NCBI GenBank assembly: GCA_026985075.1
Contig: JALSQX010000020.1
Span: 158,966 to 222,965, forward strand
From: Blastocatellia bacterium
Lineage (GTDB): Bacteria; Acidobacteriota; Blastocatellia; HR10; J050
Length of the DNA: 64,000 nt
Reading direction: 5' to 3'
Shown here: positions 1-11,500 of the stretch, piece by piece
Layout of the letters: every line of letters begins with the position of its first letter
How positions within the stretch are numbered: position 1 is the stretch's first letter
Translations under genes and position numbers: made by a program
Notes under the pieces: model-generated
Told to the model about the DNA's origin: nothing
Seen by the model: only the letters and a program-made list of their open reading frames with translations
Database searches by the model: none

Positions 1-172
1 AGCTCGCGCATATCTCGCTGCGAAGAACCTCGGGGTCGACGCGCCCCCTCAGGATGAGATGAGGATCATCCCATTTCGATCCCACTCGAGCGGTCGTCGC
101 TCGATCCACCACGCTATCTGTGATCGTCACCCTGTGCATCACTCGGTCGATGCTCGGTCCGCGCCGGCCATC

Positions 173-538
173 TCATCTCACACCTTTTTCGGCCAGTATC
201 TTCTCGACCTCCCGGATCAATTCCTCGGGATCGCTCGATTTGACGACGTATCGCTCCGCCAGCCAGGATGTATAATCATCCTGAAACGAGATGTAGGCCG
301 AGCACAGAATCACGGGCACCTCGGGATGGGCTTCGACCATGCGCTGCAATACGTCCAGCCCACTCTCCTGCTCCAACTTGATGTCGAGCACCACCGCGTC
401 GATCGGGTGCTCTTGGAGAATGCGCATCCCTTCAGTCCCCGAGGAAGCGGTGAATACGCGATGTCCGGCTTCGGTGAGAGCGTCTTCGTACAGCAGGCGA
501 ATGCTCTGTTCATCATCAATGACCAGGATCGTGGCCAT
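173..538 (-). CDS. Single-domain response regulator (CheY-like receiver)
   Basis: ILVIDDE acidic pocket, phospho-Asp in VVLDIKL, conserved S/K positions; start overlaps the 3' end of the kinase gene. Confidence 0.92.
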   Translation of the reverse strand: MATILVIDDEQSIRLLYEDALTEAGHRVFTASSGTEGMRILQEHPIDAVVLDIKLEQESGLDVLQRMVEAHPEVPVILCSAYISFQDDYTSWLAERYVVKSSDPEELIREVEKILAEKGVR

Positions 539-2150
539 CACCCTGCTCCTTTGCTGGAGGAATTCTCACCAACACGGTACATCCATTCCCCCGCTCGCAG
601 ACGACATTGATACTGCCGCCGAGATTGTCGATGATTTGCTTGGCGGTATACAATCCCAGACCGCTACCCGTTGGTTTCGTCGTGAAGAACGGCTTGAACA
701 GATTGCTCAACGCCTCCTCGGGAATCCCCATCCCGGTATCGGCGATCTTGATGATCACCTGACCTTGCCCGACATCCGTCTCAATGAACAGGTCTCCGCC
801 CTCCGGCATAGCTTCGCCAGCATTATTCACCAGATTCTCCAGGCAATTATAGAGCTGCCGGCGATTGGCCATGATGGGAGGAATGTCGGTGTTCAGTTTC
901 AGGTGACAATTGATCCTGGTCGCCTTCCATAACGCTTGCTTTTCCTGACAGAGTACGGTGAGGATATGGTTGACGTCTACCGGCTCCCTCTCCGAAGCGC
1001 GCCGGGCATCGACGAATTTCACGAAATCTTTCAACAGATCCTCCAGGCGCTGAGCCTCGCGCATGATCGCCTGGGTATATTTGGCGTATGGGCTCTCGGC
1101 TCCCAATTTGCGAGTCAATTGACGGGCCAGTCCCCCAATGGCCACGATGGGATTTTTCACCGAGTGCGTTAATTGCAATACCATCTCCCCAGCAGCGATA
1201 TCCTCCTTGAGTCGGAGAATCTCCTCCTGACGCTCCTGAATTTGGCGATGCGCTTCCTCCAGCGTGCGCAGTTTTTCCTGCAGCTCGGCATAAGCCAGCC
1301 CGCGCTCCAGAGCCAGTGAGATTTGTTTGGCGAAAATGTGTACGGCGCGCAGATCATCCGATGAGACGTCCCGCCCGGTAACGAAATTATCGAGCAGGAT
1401 CGCCCCCAGCGGACGCTTCAGGTGAGAGAGCAGGGGGAGGACCCAGAACGTGGTCTGCCCATAGAATTCTCTGAGGGGTTTGGCAATCTCCATCTCGGGA
1501 TCGACGCGGCACACCGCCGCCGACGCGAACACCTGCTGGAATGGCGAATCATCGAGCGAGAAGCGAAACCGCTGGAGCACTCCCTCGAATTTGGTCCGTT
1601 CCCGCTCGTAGATCTCCGGCGAGTAGTGCATCAGATCGAGCGTGGTGAGTTTTCGATCCGAAATCTCATCCCAGATCCGATAGGCCTCATCGCGATCTCT
1701 CGGTCCCAGGGCGAAGACGCCAACGAGTTCCTGGTGGCTGGCCAACAAGGCTACACCTCGATTGAATCCCAGGCTCGTCCCCGCCGTCAGCGCGACCAAT
1801 CCCTTATAAAGGATTTCTTCGGGATCGAGCGCCCACTCGACCGTATTGGAGAGATGGAGAAGCGTGTCCAGAATCTCGTCACGAATCTCCAACATCTCGC
1901 GGAATTGGGTCAACTTATGCCCCCGCCATATGGCCGCCGCGACCAGTCGCATCAGGACATCGGCGACGCGGCGTTGTTCCTCGGAGAGTTGCTCCAGATT
2001 GAGGGGAAACGCCTCACAACTCATGCACATCTTCTGGAGCCGCTCTTTCAGCACATCCAAAGTCGTATCTTCCCGCCCGGTGAGGAAAGGACAAATAGTG
2101 GGATCTTCCGGGAAAAGGAGACAACGATGTGTGGCCACATTATTCATCAA
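516..2150 (-). CDS. Cytoplasmic sensor histidine kinase (GAF + HisKA + HATPase_c)
   Basis: H-box LTHSVKNP, N-box ENLVNNA, DTGMG, F-box LFKPFFTTK, GSGLGL; GAF-like FNRGV...GAILLDN segment; no TM helices. Confidence 0.9.
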   Translation of the reverse strand: MMNNVATHRCLLFPEDPTICPFLTGREDTTLDVLKERLQKMCMSCEAFPLNLEQLSEEQRRVADVLMRLVAAAIWRGHKLTQFREMLEIRDEILDTLLHLSNTVEWALDPEEILYKGLVALTAGTSLGFNRGVALLASHQELVGVFALGPRDRDEAYRIWDEISDRKLTTLDLMHYSPEIYERERTKFEGVLQRFRFSLDDSPFQQVFASAAVCRVDPEMEIAKPLREFYGQTTFWVLPLLSHLKRPLGAILLDNFVTGRDVSSDDLRAVHIFAKQISLALERGLAYAELQEKLRTLEEAHRQIQERQEEILRLKEDIAAGEMVLQLTHSVKNPIVAIGGLARQLTRKLGAESPYAKYTQAIMREAQRLEDLLKDFVKFVDARRASEREPVDVNHILTVLCQEKQALWKATRINCHLKLNTDIPPIMANRRQLYNCLENLVNNAGEAMPEGGDLFIETDVGQGQVIIKIADTGMGIPEEALSNLFKPFFTTKPTGSGLGLYTAKQIIDNLGGSINVVCERGNGCTVLVRIPPAKEQGDGHDPGH

Positions 2151-2388
2151 GCTTCACCCCGCACCGGACATGAGCGCTCATTCGGCCCGACCGTCCGGCT
2201 CGCACGCCGCTTCAATTGTAGTTTTTGTCTTGGCGGATTGCAAACATCCCCACGTGATCGAATCGACGCGACGCCCATTGAGACAGTCTCATCAGCCGTA
2301 AAGTGAGGAGGACAATCCGTAGACGATGCTCCCCCGGTCACCTCATGGAATCCAACATTCGCCAGACGGGATCGCTCTTCACGTATGG

Positions 2389-4089
2389 CTACGGATGGCG
2401 CTCTCTCGATCCACGAGGCCAGGGAATCGGCCACATGTCATCGCCGAATTCAACGACCCCGGCATCCGGCCCGCGCCCGCGAAAATCGCCGAGGTACACG
2501 GGATCGCCGGCATGCCATCTGATCGCCCGGGCCAGCGTCAGCGTGTGGCGCACCGTATCGACATGCCGCACGGCGATGGCCAGTTGCGCGCCGACTTTCA
2601 CGCGATCCCCCGGAATGAATCCGGCCCCATCAGTGAAGTACGAAGCGTCCACCACGGGGACGACGTTCCCCGAACCCGCCGATCTGGTGCGGGTCAATGG
2701 AACGCCGATATCGATACACCCGCACCCCTCGGCCAATCGAACATCGCCGACGGCGGGATCGACCAAGCGCGGTACGACGTGACGGTTCGCCGCGAAGAGA
2801 TTCAACACGCGCAACGGATCGTCCGGGAAGGCCACGGCCGGTTCTCCAAGATCCGCCGTCAGGTCCGTATCCGAACAATTCCCGGCGATGATGAGCGAGG
2901 CGCGAAGACACCGGGCCTCGTCCAGGCTCCCGAGTTGAACGCGACATGTGATGGACTGCTCGTGATCGCGCCAGCCATTCCCATAAAAGACATTATTCTT
3001 GATGACGTTGTCACTGAGATCGACATCGGAGATCCCCCAATTGGTGATCATCACGCCGGTTGATCCGTTACCCACAAACGCATTGTGATACACGCGATTT
3101 CCGTAAATATGCGGAGCCTCATCCCAGCCATTGATGATGAGGCCGCTCTCTTCATTGGCCAGGAACACATTCCGCCGGACGATCGTTTCCGCCGCCGCCA
3201 ATTGCATGCCCGATCCCCCCTTCTTTCCATCCGCTGAACGGCTCGCACCGACGAAGACGTTATATTCGATGAGATTGTGTCGGGCCACGAATTGCTCACC
3301 GGGCGCCCAGCGCGGGTGCACCTGCCAGACGACATCGAGATCTTTCTGCCAGGCGTTCTGGAAGTAATTCCGACGCACGATGGTGAACGACGTATCGATA
3401 TTGACCAGAGCGTGGCCAGCATTCAGGAACGTATTCCCCTCGATGAGCGTGTGATGTGCCCCTCGACTCACGCGGAGAGCATCGCCCCGTCCCGTCCGGG
3501 CATCTCCCCAACCCTCGAATACGTTGCCGATGATGCGATTGTCAGACGCCCCGTCAGAGACGAGGAGCCCAGCATATGCGGCGTGCGATTGTCGTCCCGA
3601 GGCGATGAACCTGTTTCCGATGATCTCATTGTGATGACCGTTTTGGATCTCACCCCAGCCGAACAAGGGATGGCGGAAGGTGATGCCTTCTACAGTGATG
3701 TATGACCTCTCGTTCAGGTTGATGAGCCATTCCGTCCGCTCGATGACCACCGTTTGACCGGGAACGGCACGGTAGGTGATTCTTCGCGCCGCCGTGCCCG
3801 ACCGCCCGGGGCGAAGAGTCTGGCGATACGCGCCGCCGAAAATGAGGACCGTGTCGCCGGGATGAACGGCGGCATTGGCGCGGCCGAGCGTCCGCCATCT
3901 CGTGGCCGGCGTCCGCCCATCATGGTCATCGTCACCTCGACGAACATCGACGTAATACGTCACGCCATCACGGTGTGCCGTCCCTGACATCGCCGTCCAT
4001 CCCATGGCGAGGCTCGCCAGGAATACCAACAGGAGCCAGCGATGCCGCCCGGCGAGAACGGAGCGATCACATGAGGTTCTGATTGTCAT
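2389..4089 (-). CDS. Exported right-handed parallel beta-helix (pectin lyase-fold) protein
   Basis: Signal-like N-terminus, YYVD..GDD..DG..PATRWRT..PGDTV motif, repeated NxI.GNxF beta-helix rungs; start uncertain. Confidence 0.78.
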   Translation of the reverse strand: MTIRTSCDRSVLAGRHRWLLLVFLASLAMGWTAMSGTAHRDGVTYYVDVRRGDDDHDGRTPATRWRTLGRANAAVHPGDTVLIFGGAYRQTLRPGRSGTAARRITYRAVPGQTVVIERTEWLINLNERSYITVEGITFRHPLFGWGEIQNGHHNEIIGNRFIASGRQSHAAYAGLLVSDGASDNRIIGNVFEGWGDARTGRGDALRVSRGAHHTLIEGNTFLNAGHALVNIDTSFTIVRRNYFQNAWQKDLDVVWQVHPRWAPGEQFVARHNLIEYNVFVGASRSADGKKGGSGMQLAAAETIVRRNVFLANEESGLIINGWDEAPHIYGNRVYHNAFVGNGSTGVMITNWGISDVDLSDNVIKNNVFYGNGWRDHEQSITCRVQLGSLDEARCLRASLIIAGNCSDTDLTADLGEPAVAFPDDPLRVLNLFAANRHVVPRLVDPAVGDVRLAEGCGCIDIGVPLTRTRSAGSGNVVPVVDASYFTDGAGFIPGDRVKVGAQLAIAVRHVDTVRHTLTLARAIRWHAGDPVYLGDFRGRGPDAGVVEFGDDMWPIPWPRGSRERHP

Positions 4090-4160
4090 CGATAGTTCAT
4101 CGCGGATGTTCGAGATGTCCCCCGGGAAAACGTTCCAGGACGCCTTCACCAGTCATCCCC

Positions 4161-5894
4161 TCAACTGGTCAGCGGGGGATGCTTCAGATGAAAATCGGTG
4201 GCATCCTGGTAGGCTTTGGCGACGGCGAGTAATTCGGCTTCACCATAGAGCTTACCGATGAACGTGATACTCGTCGGCGTTCCATCTTTCCTGAATCCGT
4301 TGGGCAGGACCACAGCCGGATGTCCGGTCAAGTTGGTCAACAGGAGATTATGTCCACCGAACGAGGGAGCCACGTAGACATCCACCTGGGACATCACCTC
4401 GGCCATCGCTCGCATGACGAGCGTGCGCACGCGGTTGGCCTGAATGTACTCCACAGCCGGGATAGTGCGCGATTGACGAAAGACGTTGGGCCACGCGTTT
4501 TTGATTTGTCGCACGAGCAGGTCATCCCGGTTGCTGCGGGTGAGCTCATCGAACGCCGCCGCCGCCTCGGCATTGAGGATGAACGAGAGCGCCTCGATGG
4601 GATAATCGGGAAGCGCGATGGGGATGAGCTTCAATCCCATTTGGCGCAGCGTCTCCAGCGTCGCCTGGTCATGCGCTTTCCACTCCTCATCCTTGCGATC
4701 GCGCTCGAATTCGCTCTTGAGATAACCAATCCGCAATTGCCGAATGTCCAGATGGGGATCCCAATTGAACGGCAGATCGACCACGGTGAGATCTTTGCCA
4801 TCGGGTCCATAGATGGCATTGAAGACGACGGCGCAATCCTCCACGCTCCGGCACATCGGGCCGAGCTTATCCATGCTCCAGCTCAACGCCATGGCCCCAT
4901 AGCGACTGACGCGCCCGAAGGTCGGTCGCAGGCCGGTCACGCCACAGCGCGTCGACGGCGAGATGATGGATCCCCAAGTCTCTGAGCCGATGGAGAATCC
5001 CACCAGACCCGCTGCCGTGGCCGCTCCCGGCCCGGCCGACGAGCCGCTCGATCCCTGTTTGAGATTCCAGGGATTCTTCGTCTTCCCTCCGAACCAGACA
5101 TCGCCCCAGGCCAGCGCTCCCAGCGTCAGTTTGGCCACCAACACGGCACCGGCTTGTTCCAACCGCTTGACCACCGTGGCATCCTCATTGATGACTTGAT
5201 CCTTATAGGGCATGGCTCCCCAGGTCGTTCGATAGCCCTTGGTGGCCAACAAGTCTTTGGCGCCCCAGGGAATGCCGTGCAAGGGTCCGCGATAGCGTCC
5301 ACGGGCCAGTTCCTCATCGGCTCGCCTGGCTTGCTGCATGGCCAACTCCTCGGTCAGCGTCACGACGCATTGGAGCTGAGGATCGTATCGCTTCAAGCGG
5401 TCCAGGTACATCTCGGTCAGCTCCACCGAACTCACCTTGCGCGATTTGATCAACCGGCTGAGATGCACGACCGGCCAGAAAGCCAGCTCCTCTCGTCGAG
5501 AAGGGATGTCCGGGATGTTCACCTTGCTCATCTTGAATGGTCGCCGCCGGCGCGAAAACGTCATACCGGGCACGATGGGGTTGAACTGCAGAGCCGGTGG
5601 CACGCTGTTCTCCAGATGAACCGTCCGCAGCTTCTCGTAATTGCCGAGCAACTCATTGACGCCTTCCACCATGAGCTCGCGCTCAGCATCGGTGAACCGG
5701 AGGCCAGCAATCTGCTCGGCACACTGGATGGTCTCTTTGGTGATGCGGAGCTTTTTCTCCTCCTGGATCTTCGCCCAGAGTGCGCCAGGAAAGAGCGTAG
5801 ACGATAATCCCAGGGTGGAAAAATAGGCCATGAATCGGCGACGCGTCAGATGCGGCGCTTCGGCTGTCTCCCAGAGATTCTTTCCGTCAAACAT
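4161..5894 (-). CDS. Amidase signature family enzyme with Tat-like leader
   Basis: GIPWGAKDLL (Lys), GSSGSSAG, GSETWGSI triad motifs; TRRRFM twin-arginine motif followed by a hydrophobic stretch. Confidence 0.9.
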   Translation of the reverse strand: MFDGKNLWETAEAPHLTRRRFMAYFSTLGLSSTLFPGALWAKIQEEKKLRITKETIQCAEQIAGLRFTDAERELMVEGVNELLGNYEKLRTVHLENSVPPALQFNPIVPGMTFSRRRRPFKMSKVNIPDIPSRREELAFWPVVHLSRLIKSRKVSSVELTEMYLDRLKRYDPQLQCVVTLTEELAMQQARRADEELARGRYRGPLHGIPWGAKDLLATKGYRTTWGAMPYKDQVINEDATVVKRLEQAGAVLVAKLTLGALAWGDVWFGGKTKNPWNLKQGSSGSSAGPGAATAAGLVGFSIGSETWGSIISPSTRCGVTGLRPTFGRVSRYGAMALSWSMDKLGPMCRSVEDCAVVFNAIYGPDGKDLTVVDLPFNWDPHLDIRQLRIGYLKSEFERDRKDEEWKAHDQATLETLRQMGLKLIPIALPDYPIEALSFILNAEAAAAFDELTRSNRDDLLVRQIKNAWPNVFRQSRTIPAVEYIQANRVRTLVMRAMAEVMSQVDVYVAPSFGGHNLLLTNLTGHPAVVLPNGFRKDGTPTSITFIGKLYGEAELLAVAKAYQDATDFHLKHPPLTS

Positions 5895-5946
5895 AACGCC
5901 TCCTCTCCAATGAATTCGGGTGAACGAGCAGACTGAACCGCCCGCG

Positions 5947-7272
5947 TTACTTCTCCAGCGCTCCTTGGTCGATTTTCAGGATCGTGTGGAGCAGCACATT
6001 GGCCCCATTGGCCATATCCTCGGGCCGGGTGTACTCCTTGGGCGAATGGCTGATACCGCCGACGCTGGGAACGAAGATCATGCCCGTCGGCGCGATACGC
6101 GCCATGTCTTGTGCATCGTGACCGGCGCCGCTCGGCATGAACATGTAACTCAATCCCAATTCCTCAGCAACCTGGGCGATGATCGCTCGCATCCGTTCAT
6201 CGGTGGGCGCAGGCACCGCCGTGACGTCCAGCGGCGTGAAGCGAATCGTGGTGCCCGTTTTTCTGGCGATGACCTCGGCTTCCCGTTTGATCTTTTGAAA
6301 CAGCATGTGAATTTTCTCGGCCGAGAGATCGCGCAACTCCAGGCTCATGACCACTCGACCGGGAATAACGTTGGGCGCGCCCGGTTCGGCGCGAATGCGT
6401 CCAACGGTGCCCACCTGGCGGCCCGGCACGCTGGTCACCACTCGGTTGACGGCGATGATCAGGTGAGCGGCAGCCAGTAGCGCATCGCGCCGATCGTTCA
6501 TCGGCGTCGTACCCGCATGATTGGCGAATCCCTCGATGGTCACCTCCCACCAGTTGATGCCCACAATCCCTTCCACGACACCAATATCGATGCCTCGGGA
6601 ATCGAGGACACTGCCCTGCTCGATGTGGAGTTCGATGAACGCAGCGATGTCGCCTTTGTGACGCACGACCTCCTCTAGCCGATCGGGATCACCGCCAATG
6701 GCGCGAATGCCCTCGCGAATCGTCTGGCCACTCTGACTCACCACCCGAAGCGCTTCCGGCCCCAGATCCCCAATCAGAGCGCGACTCCCCACCAACCCGC
6801 CCTCTTCATCAGAGAAGACGATGACCTCCAATGGATGACGCGTGACGAGGCCATGCTCCTGGAGAACCTGCACGCACTCGATGGCCGCGATGACGCCAAC
6901 ATCGCCATCATAATTTCCCCCGTGGGGAACGGAATCGATGTGCGAACCAAACATGATGGGTGGGAGATGCGGATCGCGCCCCTCCCGGCGACCGATGATG
7001 TTGCCGGCGGCATCGATGTGCACGCGAAGGCCCGCCTGCCGCATGAGCGACATGATGTACTGTCGCCCCTGAATATCGGCCTCGCTGAACGCCAGGCGAC
7101 TGACGCCGCCTTCGGGATTCTTCCCGAACTCGGCGAGTTGCAGAATGCGTTGCTCGATGCGCCGAGCATTGACGCGCAGATGGCGATAGGGGGCTTCGCG
7201 TTGGACAGCCCGAGGAGTGGATGTGAAGCAGACGAACAGACCGACCACGAGCATCGCACATCGATTTCGCAT
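5947..7272 (-). CDS. M20 Zn-dependent amidohydrolase (allantoate amidohydrolase / N-carbamoylase family)
   Basis: GSHIDSV, YDG, DEEG, ELHIEQG, NHAGTTPM, GAGHDA motifs; ATG at 7272 has GGAGGA upstream and gives a signal-like N-terminus. Confidence 0.9.
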   Translation of the reverse strand: MRNRCAMLVVGLFVCFTSTPRAVQREAPYRHLRVNARRIEQRILQLAEFGKNPEGGVSRLAFSEADIQGRQYIMSLMRQAGLRVHIDAAGNIIGRREGRDPHLPPIMFGSHIDSVPHGGNYDGDVGVIAAIECVQVLQEHGLVTRHPLEVIVFSDEEGGLVGSRALIGDLGPEALRVVSQSGQTIREGIRAIGGDPDRLEEVVRHKGDIAAFIELHIEQGSVLDSRGIDIGVVEGIVGINWWEVTIEGFANHAGTTPMNDRRDALLAAAHLIIAVNRVVTSVPGRQVGTVGRIRAEPGAPNVIPGRVVMSLELRDLSAEKIHMLFQKIKREAEVIARKTGTTIRFTPLDVTAVPAPTDERMRAIIAQVAEELGLSYMFMPSGAGHDAQDMARIAPTGMIFVPSVGGISHSPKEYTRPEDMANGANVLLHTILKIDQGALEK

Positions 7273-7561
7273 ACACTGTCCTCCACTCATTCGGCGACGT
7301 CTGGCCAATGGTTTCCCAGGATGACTCTCTGAGCGTCGTCCAAGAGAACCGATGGTGAGAGTGCCTCGACCTCGGTACCCACGTCCAGGGTTCTCCGAAT
7401 CCACTCTCCCCATAGCGCGAGCATCGCCTTCATACTATGCGGTGAAGTATAGCCACGGCCATGCCAGCGTCAAGGATCGCCCTTTACTGCCGCCGTTCAG
7501 CGATCCGGTTGGGGGAACGTCCCGCGTTTTGTGAAAGGGCGATCCTCTTGGCCAGAAACCC

Positions 7562-8464
7562 TCACGGCTCCAACGCCGGATTGTAGGTGAGCATGAATTC
7601 CAGAAATTTGGAGATCTCGATCATATCCTTGCCCACGAATCGAATGCTGTGCGAATCGGTGCGCTCAACGATCGGCAGGTAGCTCAAGATCTCCGGCGGA
7701 CGATAACTTTTGAATCGCACATCCAGTCGAATGGGCGTCTTGAGCTTGTAGGGTTTGAACTCATGGATGCGAGCAATCGCTCGTTTGACTTTCCGGCGGA
7801 TGAGGGCATAGGCCGCTTCCGGCGTCAATGTCTTCGCCGAATGGAAACTATAGGCCCATTTGACGATGGCTCCCTCAATATCGCCTAACAGCGCCTGCGC
7901 TTCTTTCACAATGGCATCATCGCCCGAGATCATGATGACCGGTACGTTGAAATGACCGGCGATAGCCGCATTGATTCCGGCCTCGGGCATGGAGATTCCA
8001 TTCAGACGGACATCGGTCAGGCGGGCACTGGAGAGCGTATGAGCGCGGACCCCGGCGAGATTGGTGGTGCTGGCGTGATATCCGAGGAAGATCACTCCAT
8101 CGAACGTCTCATCAATGCCCTGCATCATCATGAGCGGGCGCGGCCAGGAGCGGATGATCGTCACGCTCTTGGGGAGCTTTTCGATGAGGAGATTCTGGCC
8201 ATTGCCATGGGAATCGCTGACCACGATCTCCGTCGCGCCGGCCTCGAACGCCGCTGCGATGGCCGCGTTCACCTCTCCGGTCATGAACTCGCGGAACCGC
8301 TCATATTCGAATCCTCCCGGCCCTAACTGCTCGCCGGTCACCACACCGACGACGCCTTCCATATCGGCCGAGATGTAAATTTTCAGTTTCTCCTGGGCCT
8401 GTCCGGTGATGGCGAAACCCCAGACGAAGATGAAGAGTGCGAAGGAACGCACCACACGGTTCAT
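7562..8464 (-). CDS. M55 D-aminopeptidase (DppA family) with signal peptide
   Basis: IYISADMEG, DSHG, GYHA, SGDD motifs; leader ending GQA-QE. Confidence 0.92.
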   Translation of the reverse strand: MNRVVRSFALFIFVWGFAITGQAQEKLKIYISADMEGVVGVVTGEQLGPGGFEYERFREFMTGEVNAAIAAAFEAGATEIVVSDSHGNGQNLLIEKLPKSVTIIRSWPRPLMMMQGIDETFDGVIFLGYHASTTNLAGVRAHTLSSARLTDVRLNGISMPEAGINAAIAGHFNVPVIMISGDDAIVKEAQALLGDIEGAIVKWAYSFHSAKTLTPEAAYALIRRKVKRAIARIHEFKPYKLKTPIRLDVRFKSYRPPEILSYLPIVERTDSHSIRFVGKDMIEISKFLEFMLTYNPALEP

Positions 8465-8564
8465 CGTCTCTCCCTCCTCAAAACGATGTCTTGAAAGCGG
8501 TCTGGAGACGAGGAAGCGCTGGCCTCATCGATTGCGCTTCCCCGCCTCCACAACCGGATTTCCT

Positions 8565-11500
8565 CTACTGACGATGCTTCCACGATGTGCGATCGATGGG
8601 CGCCGGTCGGGGAACCTCCCGAGGCGGATGCTTCTTGAGCAACTTCAACGCCTCCTCCACCGCGCGCTCCAACTGGGGATCGCGTCCTTGAATGACGAGG
8701 GCCGGCGTCTGTTCGACCTCGATATCGGGAGCCACGCCGACATTTTCCACGTCCCAGTGGCCATCGGTATTATAGAAGGCCACGCGGGGGGCGGTGATGA
8801 ATCCGCCGTCGATGAGCACCGGATAATCGTAGATGCCGATCAATCCGCCCCAGGTGCGCTTGCCGACCAGAGGACCGATCTTTCGCTTGCGGAAGTAATA
8901 GGGGAGCGCGTCGCCGCCGGAACCGGCAAATTGATTGATGATCATCACCTTGGGACCGAACACGGCGGCCGTCGGCGTATGAAAGGTCTTCCCATCACGG
9001 GTCGCCCAGTAATTCAACAGCGGCCGATCCATCAAATCGACCATGTAATCGGCAGCCGAGCCGCCACCGTTGAATCGCTCATCGATGATCATGCCCTGCT
9101 TGTCTTGCTGCGTGAAGTAGTAGCGATTGAAGTATTCGTATCCCGAGCGACCGGTGTTGGGCAAGTAGACGTATCCCAATCGTCCGCCGGAGAGCTCCTC
9201 GACCTTGCGACGGTTGGCCTCCACCCAGGCGCGAGTGCGCAATGCCCTCTCGCTGGCCACAGGCACAACGGTGACCAACCGCGATCCTTCCAACGTCGGT
9301 TGACTGTTGATGCGAATCACCGTCTGCTTGCCCGCCGTGCCTTCGAACAGACTGTACAGGTTCGTCGGAGGTCGAAGCTCTTTGCCGTTCACCTCGAGCA
9401 GGTAATCGCCTTCGGAGATTTGCAACCCTGGAGCGGTCAACGGCGCGCGCAGATCGGGATTCCAGTTCTCGCCGGTATAAATGCGCTTGATGCGATAGCG
9501 CCCATTTTCGATGGCGAAGTCGGCGCCCAACAGGCCCACCGGGACTCGTTCCGGCGTCGGCGCATCGCCACCACCGACATACGCGTGGCCGACGGTGAGT
9601 TCTCCGATGAGCATACTGAGCACGTAAGTCAAATCCGAGCGGTGCCTGACGTGCGGCAAGAAGGGGCGATACTTCTCGTACATCGCCGCCCAATCTTCGC
9701 CGTGCATGTGCTCATCGTAGAAGAAGTCGCGATAGATCCGCCAGGCTTCATGATAGATTTGCTCCCACTCGGCGCGGGGATCGATCTTGATCTCCATGGC
9801 GGCCGTCTTCAATTTCCCATCGCCCACTTTGGCCTTCTTCCCCGTGTCTACGATGCCCCACGTGTCCCCCGCTCGATAGAGGAGCTTCTTCCCCGTAGCC
9901 GACACCTTGTAAAACGTGATGCCGTCCATGAACCTTTCGGCTTTGCGCTTCTTGAGATCATAGCGATGCAACCGCAGACCTTCCTGATGAGGGATGCGTT
10001 CGAGATAAAAGAGCGTGTTGGCCACACCGGCCTGCAGATCCACGTAGTCGCGAGGAGGCACGTCGAGCGCGAGGATGCGTTGGTCGATGCCCTCCAGATC
10101 GATTCGCACAGTCACGCCTTCTTTCTTCTCGGCGGCTTCTTTTTCTTTCTTCGCTTCCTCCTTTTGCGGCTTCTCTGCCTTTTCTTCCTCGCCTTTTTCC
10201 TCATCGCTCTCAGGGAGGAGAGGCGAGGGCTCTTTGGCGCTCAGCACGATCAGATAGACGCCGCGGCGCACCGGTCGTTCGTAGGACGTCATGTCCAGCC
10301 AGCCGGTGTTGAGGGCGTAATTGGTGCTCGCCAGGAAGTAGAGATACTTTCCACTGGCATCGAACGCCGGAGAGATGGCGTCGGACAGCCCATCGGTGAT
10401 CTGGTGAACCTGACCATCTTTGAGCGAGTAGAGGAAGATGGCGTGCATGTGATTATCTAATCGTTTCGTGTAAGCGATCCATTGGGAATCCGGCGACCAG
10501 ACGGGATCGATGGTCCGCTCCGGGTGGCTGTAGGTATCGGTGTCTACTTTGGTCGCCTTTCCTGAATCGACATCCACCACCCAGAGATTCAAATGTTTGT
10601 CGGTGAACAACAGCTTCTGAGAATCGGGCGACCAGGCGGGCGTGTAATAGAAAGAGGGGTTCTCCAACGCGATGACTTTCGGTTTTTCCAATCCTTTTTG
10701 ATCGGAGATGACCAACTGATATTCGCCTCCTCGATCGGAGAACCAGGCGATACGACTCCCATCGGGCGACCAGACGGGATTGCGATCGTGAACGCCGGGA
10801 CTCTCGGTCAGATTCCGAGGATCGCCCTTCTTGGCCGGGACGGTGATGATGTCGCCGCGTGCCTCGAACACGGCTCTCACACCATGTGGTGAGAGGTCGG
10901 CGTGGCGGATCATCTTCCCCACTTTGACGAAATGTGGGCGCGCCCACGGGAGATCGCCATGGACCTCGATGACGAGCTGTTGGGATCGGCGGGTTCGCGG
11001 ATCGAAGAGATGGAGGTATCCAGCTTGCTCATACACGATGACGCCACCGCCCGCCGAGGCGCTCTTGATATCGAAATCCCGATGATGGGTCAATTGCTGG
11101 ACGCGATGGCGACGCAACTGATAGGAAAAGAGGTTCATCGTCCCGTTCCGATCCGAGAGGAAATAGATCGTGTCGCCAATCCACATGGGATCGGTATCAT
11201 TGCTGTCCTGGCGAGGAATTTTTTCGATTGAGTAGTCCGAGAGATCGATGATCCAGATGAACGCGGCCAGCCCCCCGCGATAGTGACGCCACGTCCCGAA
11301 GGCGTCGGGCACAGGGACGTAGGCCATGCGCCGACCATCGGGGGAATAGACGCCTTTATTGGCCATGGGCATGGGGAGCGGCTCGGGCATGCCACCGTCG
11401 ACCGAGATCGTCCAGAGCCGATTATAGGCTCTGGGAACGCTCGTCCGACTAGAGGCGAATACAATGGCCGTCCCATCCGGCGTCCAGCCCCGTACGCGAT

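Noticed and set aside
1..172. Possible start of a further minus-strand gene at the window edge
   Set aside because: Too little sequence to identify the frame or product
8406..10460. Long plus-strand ORFs opposite real genes (also 29855-31567, 37459-39744, 51711-53081, 54231-55589)
   Set aside because: Antisense shadows of well-supported genes in GC-rich DNA; no recognisable motifs
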